Source of the DNA: Bacilli bacterium
Lineage (GTDB): Bacteria; Bacillota_I; Bacilli_A; RFN20; CAG-826
Direction: 5' to 3'
Length of the DNA: 56,798 nucleotides
NCBI GenBank assembly: GCA_024408435.1
Contig: JAKSVA010000001.1
Span: 1-56,798, forward strand
A model generated the notes under the pieces. It was not told the DNA's origin. It saw only the letters and a list, made by a program, of their open reading frames with translations, and searched no databases. Position 1 is the stretch's first letter, and every line of letters begins with the position of its first letter. This document shows positions 19,753 through 27,141 of the stretch, in pieces. The position numbers were made by a program, and so were the translations under genes.

Positions 19753-21048
19753 ATGCTATTTAGAAAAGTTACTAATAATATCGATGAGTGGTATAAAGGC
19801 AAGAAAACTGCTTTATTAATTGATGGCGCTCGACAAGTCGGCAAAACGACCATTATTGAAGAATACCTTAATAAAAACAAGATCGATTATGTTGAATTTA
19901 ACTTAATTGAGAATCAAATAGCGCGTGATGCATTTAATACTTCTATTGATGCAAACGATTTATTACTTAAATTATCCGCTATTTCTAAAAAACCTCTCAA
20001 AAAAGGAAAAACTGTAATATTTATTGATGAGGCCCAAGAACCAAATGATGCCATTACACCGATTAAATTTTTAGTTAAAGAAGGGAGTTATCGTTTTATC
20101 TTTTCTGGTTCGCTATTGGGAGTAAAGATGAAAGATATTCAATCTGCGCCAATTGGATCTATGACAGTAATTAATATGTATCCAATGGATTTTGAAGAAT
20201 TTTTAATTGCTAATTCAACCAATAAAGACACAATAGATTATTTAAAAGAATGTTTTTATAAATTAAAACCAGTCGACAATGATATCCATAGGCAAATAAT
20301 GAATATATTCAATAAATATTTAGTCGTAGGTGGTTTGCCAAAAGCAGTAAGAGAATATGTTGAAACCAACAATATGAGTAAAGTTAGAGACGCTCAGTAT
20401 GATGTTGATAAAGGCTATTTAATGGATGTTGCAAAATATAAAAAGGAAGAGAAATTATTAATTGATGATATATATGAATTAATACCAAGCGAACTAAATG
20501 CCAAAAACAAACGATTCATTATTAAATCACTGGATAAAAAAGCACGATATTATAATTACGAATCAAGCCTTGTTTGGTTTAAAAACAGTGCAATTGGTCT
20601 ATTCACTTACACGGTAGACGAACCAGTATATCCTCTTAGAGCAAGCGTTAAAAGACAATTATTTAAGTTATTTTTGTGTGATACAGGATTACTAGTACAT
20701 AAATTAGCTAAGGATACTGCTGCAAAAATTCTAACCAATCATTTAAATATAAATTATGGAGCTATTTATGAATCGGTTGTTGCCCAAGAATTAACCGCCC
20801 ATGAGATTCCACTATATTATTACAATAATAAAAAACAAGGTGAAGTCGATTTTTTAATTGAAGACGGAGACCAAATCATACCAATAGAAGTAAAAAGTGG
20901 AAAAGATTATGATCGCCATGTAGCGTTAGATAAACTATTAGAAACTAAAAACTATTCTATAGATAGGGCCTACGTATTATGTAACGAAAACATTAAAATT
21001 AAAGAAAAAAAGATATACCTACCGATTTATTTTGTGATGTTTATATGA
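19753..21048 (+). CDS. AAA+ ATPase of the COG1373 type (AAA_14 N-terminal domain, DUF4143-like C-terminal domain)
   Basis: 431 aa. It has Walker A DGARQVGKTT, Walker B VIFIDEAQ, and a C-terminal GEVDFLIEDGDQIIPIEVKSGKDY (a D...E.K nuclease-fold-like motif typical of this family). Confidence 0.8.
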   Translation: MLFRKVTNNIDEWYKGKKTALLIDGARQVGKTTIIEEYLNKNKIDYVEFNLIENQIARDAFNTSIDANDLLLKLSAISKKPLKKGKTVIFIDEAQEPNDAITPIKFLVKEGSYRFIFSGSLLGVKMKDIQSAPIGSMTVINMYPMDFEEFLIANSTNKDTIDYLKECFYKLKPVDNDIHRQIMNIFNKYLVVGGLPKAVREYVETNNMSKVRDAQYDVDKGYLMDVAKYKKEEKLLIDDIYELIPSELNAKNKRFIIKSLDKKARYYNYESSLVWFKNSAIGLFTYTVDEPVYPLRASVKRQLFKLFLCDTGLLVHKLAKDTAAKILTNHLNINYGAIYESVVAQELTAHEIPLYYYNNKKQGEVDFLIEDGDQIIPIEVKSGKDYDRHVALDKLLETKNYSIDRAYVLCNENIKIKEKKIYLPIYFVMFI

Positions 21049-22544
21049 TGAAAATTAATATTGATGAATTTATTAAGAGTGTTGATAATAACATTAAAAA
21101 TTATGCTATAGATTACGAAAAAATCGGTGTTGACTTTAAAATTGCTACTCAAAATCAAATTAATATTCTTTATGAGCGAACGCTTTCCTCAATAACTAAT
21201 TATTTTATTTACTCTGAGTTCCAAAACTTAAAAGCTGATGTAGGATTAGGAGTAAACGAGATAAAAATATTTTTTGAAAATGGAATTAATGCTTTTGATT
21301 TTTCCACTCTCAAAAAAGAAGTAGGATTAAAACCTAAAAGTAAATCAGATAGAGAAATGTGGGAAAACTACTGTGTCCCAGATGGCTTTTTTGTTGTTAA
21401 CAACGTTTTAAACGAACCGCTTTATCTATTTGTCGAGTATAAGCTGAATCAAGATTTAGTTTATATTGATTTAGCATTAGATTACCTAAAATATAAGGCG
21501 TATACATATAAAAGCCATTTAAAATCTGTTTTTGCGTTTGTCATATTTGATAAAAAAGAAAAGTACCCAACAATTATTAATTCAGGCCCCTCTTATTTTC
21601 AAATACTTGACAAAGCGATTTTACCAACTATGGATATGGAAAAAAGAGTGTATATATATAAAAATCTAGAAATTAAAGATAAAGATGATGATAGCGATTT
21701 TAGTTTTAATGAGTTAAGTGACTCAATACAACAGTTTGTCGAATTGTCTAATTTATCATCTGATATTCTATGTCATGAAGACAAAATTGGATTAATTGAA
21801 GATAATAACATTTTCATAAACTCTATGGAAAAATTTAACAAACGTGTTATTAATGCTCAGATTATTAGAGACAATTATAACTATATAGTAGATATATGGA
21901 ACGCTTGCAAAAAGAAAAATATATTTGATGGTATTTATGAAGACTTCAATTTACACTCCAAAGAAGAATTAACAAATGAAATAATAATAGATGAAGGCTC
22001 ACATTACTCAGCGTGTTTTGATGAAAGCATTAATTTAAAAGCGAGACTTCGAGCGATGGAAGATGGCATTAGAGGTTCTTCTTACGCATCTTTAAACGTA
22101 ATAGTTCTTATTGATTACTTCAACGATTATTTCGGTATTGATAAAACCATTATGCCTATGTATGGTAAAACAAAAATCGGAAAGAACATTAAAGAAAAAG
22201 AGGAGGTAGATTTCAATAAAACCGCTATTAGACAAAAAAGAAAAATAGATGAACATTATGGATCCGATTCACAAAAAAGCAAGAAAATTAAAAAATTAAC
22301 ATATGCATTGATGTATTATATAAAAAATTTATACGAAGCTATCTATGATATAGGAGAAGACAATACAATTGGTGAATATAACGAAGCCTATGAAACTTAT
22401 ATTCTCACAAACCAGTTTAATGAAAGGGTTGAAAAAATCAGTCGACGTTTCAAATACACAAAACCAATAAGATTAAATATTGATTTAAAAAATACTAGAG
22501 CCAAACTATTAAACCTAGTTGAACATATTATTACGCAAATATAG
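21045..22544 (+). CDS. Hypothetical protein with a candidate PD-(D/E)xK nuclease core, translationally coupled to the upstream ATPase
   Basis: 499 aa. The ATGA start/stop overlaps the ATPase gene. The motif VPDGFFVVNNVLNEPLYLFVEYKLNQD fits hPD-x(n)-ExK. The remainder is a long helical, Lys/Glu/Asp/Asn-rich region with no motif I recognise. Confidence 0.6.
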   Translation: MMKINIDEFIKSVDNNIKNYAIDYEKIGVDFKIATQNQINILYERTLSSITNYFIYSEFQNLKADVGLGVNEIKIFFENGINAFDFSTLKKEVGLKPKSKSDREMWENYCVPDGFFVVNNVLNEPLYLFVEYKLNQDLVYIDLALDYLKYKAYTYKSHLKSVFAFVIFDKKEKYPTIINSGPSYFQILDKAILPTMDMEKRVYIYKNLEIKDKDDDSDFSFNELSDSIQQFVELSNLSSDILCHEDKIGLIEDNNIFINSMEKFNKRVINAQIIRDNYNYIVDIWNACKKKNIFDGIYEDFNLHSKEELTNEIIIDEGSHYSACFDESINLKARLRAMEDGIRGSSYASLNVIVLIDYFNDYFGIDKTIMPMYGKTKIGKNIKEKEEVDFNKTAIRQKRKIDEHYGSDSQKSKKIKKLTYALMYYIKNLYEAIYDIGEDNTIGEYNEAYETYILTNQFNERVEKISRRFKYTKPIRLNIDLKNTRAKLLNLVEHIITQI

Positions 22545-22547
22545 CAA

Positions 22548-23273
22548 TTACAAAATTATCCTAATTTTGCGCGGCAATGACCAAAAAACTTGATATTTGT
22601 AATTGTTTTTGTGCTTCAAAAAAGCATCGCTTATTTCTTTTTTTGCTTCCTTTCTAAACTCAAGTGGCAAATGAATAATTAAATTATTGATACTGCTACT
22701 TAAATCTTTTTTGGCCTCGCTCCCTGGTGTGACATTATATAAATATTTGTGGTCAAGAATAAATTTATTATGCCCAATTTTATTTCTAAGTGACACTAAG
22801 GCTTTTTTATTTGCCTTTGTTTTAACATTTGGAAAAAGCATAGCGAAATCATTATTTGGCAAATGATATGCTACATCAACTAAATTACTAAAAAGATCAT
22901 ATGATAATAAATCAAAAGTTTCGTTGCTGTTTTTAGCTAAGTCTCTAGCATCTTTACCTATAAATTTACTGCATCCATTAGGTAAATCTTTCTCCAGAGG
23001 ATATTTGTTAGAAATATATGCGCGTATATTTTCTTCTAAATAGCCTAAAAATTTATATAGTATTCTTCTAATGCGTTTATCATACCTCATTGTTGATGCT
23101 ACTTCGCAATAGGTAGGAGTTCTCCCTAACTTCTTACTAAGATAATTAGCAACATTAATATGCTCTTGAATTCCACGTCTATTTAAATATACTTTCGCAG
23201 ATTCTATCTCTTCTGGCTTAATTTTAACTAACTTAAAGAAACTATCGTAATCCATATCTTTGTTCCAATTCAT
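22548..23273 (-). CDS. Abi_2 (AbiD/AbiF-like) family protein, HEPN-type with an Rx4H motif
   Basis: 241 aa. SLRNKIGHNKFIL contains the R-x4-H motif. The overall layout resembles Abi_2 abortive-infection proteins. It overlaps the upstream gene by 32 nt. Confidence 0.65.
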   Translation of the reverse strand: MNWNKDMDYDSFFKLVKIKPEEIESAKVYLNRRGIQEHINVANYLSKKLGRTPTYCEVASTMRYDKRIRRILYKFLGYLEENIRAYISNKYPLEKDLPNGCSKFIGKDARDLAKNSNETFDLLSYDLFSNLVDVAYHLPNNDFAMLFPNVKTKANKKALVSLRNKIGHNKFILDHKYLYNVTPGSEAKKDLSSSINNLIIHLPLEFRKEAKKEISDAFLKHKNNYKYQVFWSLPRKIRIIL

Positions 23274-23856
23274 TAACCGTTTCTAATAATAAAGAAAAAG
23301 AGCTTTCGTCTAAAAATTTATTCTTTTTAAGCAAATAGATTTCTTTTAATTCATCAAGATGTCTCTTTCTTATTCTTCTAAACCTTCTTTGAAAATCTTG
23401 CGATTTTCTAATTTTGCACCATGAATATGAATTAGCGCCGTTTCTAACTAATTTCTGTAGCCCATCCTCAAACTCCACCATAACAGCACAATCAAAAGAA
23501 AAGCGATATCCTAATAAATTTCCAATATAACTTGTGACAACTGAAGTAGAATTATGCACTCTAACATTATCAAACTTACTTAAAGCATCATTAAAAGCAT
23601 TAACAAACAACGTTTTTAATTTAGCGGGATGTCTAATTAAATCTTCATCGCAAGATTGAATAACTAAATTGTAATCTAGATCAACACGCTTACTATTTCC
23701 GTTGGCCATCAAAAGCTTAGTATATCCGCTTCCTATAAGAAAAAATTGAAATGTTAAATATTCATTTAACAATTTTTGAACTTCATTAATTCTTTTAACA
23801 CAAAAATCATTTAATGCGGTTCTAGTTTTTTTATTAGAAAAGTAAATATAAGACAT
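23242..23856 (-). CDS. Minimal Pol-beta-fold nucleotidyltransferase (MNT/SMODS-like)
   Basis: 204 aa. FLIGSGYTKLLMANGNSKRVDLDYNLV carries the GS...DxD signature, and a third acidic residue sits in the strand FSFDCAVMV. There is a basic C-terminal helical region. The start is 2 nt after the ATPase stop. Confidence 0.55.
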   Translation of the reverse strand: MSYIYFSNKKTRTALNDFCVKRINEVQKLLNEYLTFQFFLIGSGYTKLLMANGNSKRVDLDYNLVIQSCDEDLIRHPAKLKTLFVNAFNDALSKFDNVRVHNSTSVVTSYIGNLLGYRFSFDCAVMVEFEDGLQKLVRNGANSYSWCKIRKSQDFQRRFRRIRKRHLDELKEIYLLKKNKFLDESSFSLLLETVNELEQRYGLR

Positions 23857-23858
23857 AA

Positions 23859-25418
23859 TTAGTTGTTTTCAACTTTTGACCAAATTTTACCAAACAACGA
23901 TTGCGCCCCATCACCTAATTTAATAACTTTTTTATTATCCAAAATATTTCGAACGTTTTCGGAATAAGAATTTTGCTTATCAAAAGCAATAAAAATTTGC
24001 TTATCAAAATTAGAATAGCAAGCTAAAATACGCTCGATCACATCGTCTTCGATTTGTTTAAACAAAGGAGTGTCGTGAATAAAAAACGGCAATTTTGTTA
24101 AGCCTAAGATAGAAATGTCGAATACAATAATTCCTTTGAAACTTACACCTGTCCCCGTATCATTCTTGGTGGAAAAAGTATAAGAGGATTTATCAAACAA
24201 TAATTTAGGATGTGAATAATTATTACCATATATAGAAGCATCTATGTTCTCGATTTTTGAATTAATTTGGCTAGAAAGTCTAGATAATAGAGCGGACTTA
24301 ATTTCTTTTAGATCTTCGTGCATTTTATCATTATCGTCTTTTAAATTATGGTATATTTCATAAACCTTATTTTCAGAACTAATCGATTCAATTGAGTTAG
24401 AAAGTCGTAAATATTCATTTACAGCACCGGTTATAGGTGAAGAAAAATTTGTTAAATCATTAAATTTAGTTAAATAATCAGATAAAAGACTTTCATATTC
24501 ATTAATTTCCTTATTAGTCTCTTCTAATTGAAGCTTCATTTCTTGCTTAAAAATGCGCGAAATTAAAAAATGAAAATTTTCCACTTCTTCCAAACGCTTT
24601 ACGTTTGTATTAGGGAAATATTTCAACAATTGCTCAAAATCTTTTTCACTTTTCGAAAATTTGTTAGAAAGATTACTTTCGATTTTTCGTAATTTAATTT
24701 TTGATTTAGCCTTTAATCTTTTAGTGTACACAATTTTATCTTTTAAAGAAAGTGCTTCGTCTGAAAGAATTGAATCTAAGGAGCAATTACTTCCCTCGAT
24801 TTCTTTTCTTACTTCAGTAATTTTTTTCTTTAATTCAGATATTTTGGTTTTATTTTTTTCATATTCAGTTTTAATGATTAGGGAACTGTTTAGAAGACCA
24901 AATTTATTTGCATTCTTAAATGTAACAAACTTTTTTTGAGATTCATTTGCTTTTTGTTCATATTCCTTTATTTGCGGATACAACCCAAACAACCTTAATA
25001 AAGAATTTATAGCATTGGAAAATTTGTCTTCCTGAACAACGTGAAGCGGTTTTACAGGATTTAAATTGTCCTTTCCATATATTCTACTATATAGGCCAAC
25101 TGCATCACGAAAAGTGGTGCCTAATTCATTTAAATTATAAAAATTATTTAGCATATTTTTATAATCTTCTAGCGTGATAGTTTTGATTTTATTTTTGCTA
25201 GAATCGCACTCCCAAACAATATTTTTAGCATTGTTTGAACGGCAAAAATAGAATCTCTTTTCCTCAAAAAGAAAAGTAAAAAATATCTCACATTCACCTA
25301 CATTTAATCGTATATCGTCGCTCAACGCAAAATCTTCGCCACCAAAAGCAAAATCTATGACAAGTAGTAAAGTTGACTTGCCAATAGAATTCTTTCCATC
25401 TTCTTTACCTAACACCAC
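23859..25418 (-). CDS. ABC-3C-type ABC ATPase (DUF2326-like); the N-terminal ~22 codons lie in another frame behind an A6 tract
   Basis: It has Walker A GKNSIGKSTLL, a long coiled-coil insert, and a C-terminal FFIHDTPLFKQIEDDV block typical of DUF2326. The track start is a GTG. The RBS-preceded ATG at 25483 is out of frame (see findings). Confidence 0.75.
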   Translation of the reverse strand: MVLGKEDGKNSIGKSTLLLVIDFAFGGEDFALSDDIRLNVGECEIFFTFLFEEKRFYFCRSNNAKNIVWECDSSKNKIKTITLEDYKNMLNNFYNLNELGTTFRDAVGLYSRIYGKDNLNPVKPLHVVQEDKFSNAINSLLRLFGLYPQIKEYEQKANESQKKFVTFKNANKFGLLNSSLIIKTEYEKNKTKISELKKKITEVRKEIEGSNCSLDSILSDEALSLKDKIVYTKRLKAKSKIKLRKIESNLSNKFSKSEKDFEQLLKYFPNTNVKRLEEVENFHFLISRIFKQEMKLQLEETNKEINEYESLLSDYLTKFNDLTNFSSPITGAVNEYLRLSNSIESISSENKVYEIYHNLKDDNDKMHEDLKEIKSALLSRLSSQINSKIENIDASIYGNNYSHPKLLFDKSSYTFSTKNDTGTGVSFKGIIVFDISILGLTKLPFFIHDTPLFKQIEDDVIERILACYSNFDKQIFIAFDKQNSYSENVRNILDNKKVIKLGDGAQSLFGKIWSKVENN

Positions 25419-25473
25419 GTTTAACCCTTTATGAAAAGTGATACTAGGTGTGCTAAATTTTTTACAAAAATTT

Positions 25474-25701
25474 CTAAGAGCATAAATACACCTCCGATGT
25501 TTCTTGATTAAGATTTATTTTCCCGAGATAGAATAAACAGTCAAGAACTTCAACAAAATCATTAAAATCCGAAAAATTTCGTTTTACAGACTCATATAGA
25601 TTTGTCAAAGGCAAAGGATTCGATGATAAAAATCCTAAAACAATATTAAACTTACTTATTAAGCTTTCCCTATAAGTAACAACTTTATTTGGTAATTTCA
25701 T
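25474..25701 (-). CDS. ABC-3C middle component (small helical protein)
   Basis: A 75-83-aa ORF lies between the HNH effector and the ATPase. The ATG at 25701 is preceded by AGG and overlaps the HNH gene by 17 nt. Its stop overlaps the ATPase ATG. The assignment rests on size and position. Confidence 0.55.
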   Translation of the reverse strand: MKLPNKVVTYRESLISKFNIVLGFLSSNPLPLTNLYESVKRNFSDFNDFVEVLDCLFYLGKINLNQETSEVYLCS

Positions 25702-26503
25702 TAAAAACCTCGCAATTTTGAACAAAATACGAAACTACTGCTTCGCATGCAGATTTTGAAGAGGATATAACACTAATTTTATTCATTAACCAATTAACCA
25801 TTTCGTTAAAAATCCATTCTAAATCCACCGTCTTTTTTGAGAGGCCTATAAAACAAGATTTAAATTGTGAAGCAATTAAATCAAAATTAACGCCTTTATT
25901 TTCCTCTTCAGAAAAAATATTTTTAATGTAGTAATAATAATTTCTAACATTATCAATAATTTTTTGTTTTAATAGATGGCACGAATCAGGTATTTTATTA
26001 TTTATAGAAATTGGCTTTAATTTCAATTCCTCCAATTGACTACAGTCAATAGTCGAAAGAGCTTTTATAATTTTTTCGATGTCATCTTCCAAATTCATTG
26101 AATTAGATATTTGTTGCAATGTAGCACGCTCAATATATTTTTCCTTTAAACTTACCATCTCCATATATTCTTCTGCGGTTGTTGCTGAATCGTAAGCCGC
26201 ATGGCAATCAAAGCATAAAATTATTAAATTATCCAAAGATTCACTATTGTCGCCTAATCTTTTTAATTTATAAATTCTGCTATAAAAATCAACAGAAGGG
26301 TTGCATGGAAAGATATGCGCAATTTCATACAATTTTACACTTTTAGTTTTTTTCTTTAACGGAACGAGAAGTTTACCACATTTAGGGCAATAAAAATGTA
26401 CTTCATTTAGTAGAATCTTTTCTTCATTGCCTGCTTTATCTTTTCTACCTACTAAATATTTATCGCTTTCTATCAATTTTTTAATTTCTGATGAATCCAT
26501 CAT
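25685..26503 (-). CDS. HNH endonuclease fused to an ABC-3C effector C-terminal domain
   Basis: 272 aa. CPKCGKLL...YEIAHIFP...LDNLIILCFDCHAAYD gives CxxC, H, N and CxxCH of the beta-beta-alpha-metal HNH finger. The C-terminal ~150 aa is helical and ends with ACEAVVSYFVQNCEVF. Confidence 0.75.
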   Translation of the reverse strand: MMDSSEIKKLIESDKYLVGRKDKAGNEEKILLNEVHFYCPKCGKLLVPLKKKTKSVKLYEIAHIFPCNPSVDFYSRIYKLKRLGDNSESLDNLIILCFDCHAAYDSATTAEEYMEMVSLKEKYIERATLQQISNSMNLEDDIEKIIKALSTIDCSQLEELKLKPISINNKIPDSCHLLKQKIIDNVRNYYYYIKNIFSEEENKGVNFDLIASQFKSCFIGLSKKTVDLEWIFNEMVNWLMNKISVISSSKSACEAVVSYFVQNCEVFNEITK

Positions 26504-26626
26504 TTTTATTTTATAATAAAAAATATTATTTGTTAAAAAACGTCATTATTATATATGATAACAATTATTACTAAATAAAAAAGTTCATCACATCGCTTTA
26601 TTATGAACTTATATCGCAAGATGGAA

Positions 26627-26936
26627 TCTTCTCCCATGATGACAAAGTCATGATAGGTTACATAACTATCTATTAATACACTTATTAACTAAATAATAAT
26701 TATCATTAAATGAATCGATTTACCACTAACCCCCACGTTGTCATAGACAAGGTGGGTACTCTTCTCCCATGATAACGAAGTTAGGATGAGTTAACTAATA
26801 TTATTAATAATGTCTATTAACTAAGAAATATATTATTCCCACTAACTAAAGTTATTTATTACTAACAAACATCTTGTTGTGGCAACAAGAGGATGGACAA
26901 TTCACTCCACGATGTCAAAGACAGGGTGGACCCGGT
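26627..26936 (+). repeat. Two tandem units (133 and ~177 bp) of an imperfect-hairpin repeat family, junction copy 1
   Basis: Both units begin TCTTCTCCCATGAT (26627 and 26760). Hairpins are CCCATGATGAC-AAA-GTCATGATAGG (26633..26657), CCCACGTTGTC-ATA-GACAAGGTGGG (26732..26756), TCTTGTTG-TGGC-CAACAAGA (26872..26891) and CCACGATGTC-AAA-GACAGGGTGG (26907..26929). Confidence 0.8.
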
Positions 26937-27141
26937 TTTTATACTAACTTATCTTTTCAAATTTCTATTCTATTGCAAAATAGTTTCGGAGATTTTTACT
27001 CCATTTTACACGGTTCATTATCATATTTACTTGCATTTTAATGATCACCTACTCAAACTTATTTTGATTAATCTAAATGTAAATGATAGTATCACCAAAA
27101 TAGTTTAAAAAAGAGTAATAAAATATGCTAATATATTAAGT

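Noticed and set aside
19443-19880. 145-aa minus-strand ORF spanning the 19.4-19.9 kb region
   Set aside because: It runs across the tandem-repeat promoter region and into the 5' end of the ATPase gene on the opposite strand. It is hydrophobic, low-complexity and AT-driven, with no RBS.
26893-27108. 71-aa plus-strand ORF upstream of the first glycosyltransferase
   Set aside because: It starts inside the hairpin repeat (its first codons are the repeat arm) and continues through AT-rich promoter-like DNA. It has no RBS. The equivalent repeat copy at 36.4 kb does not preserve the frame.
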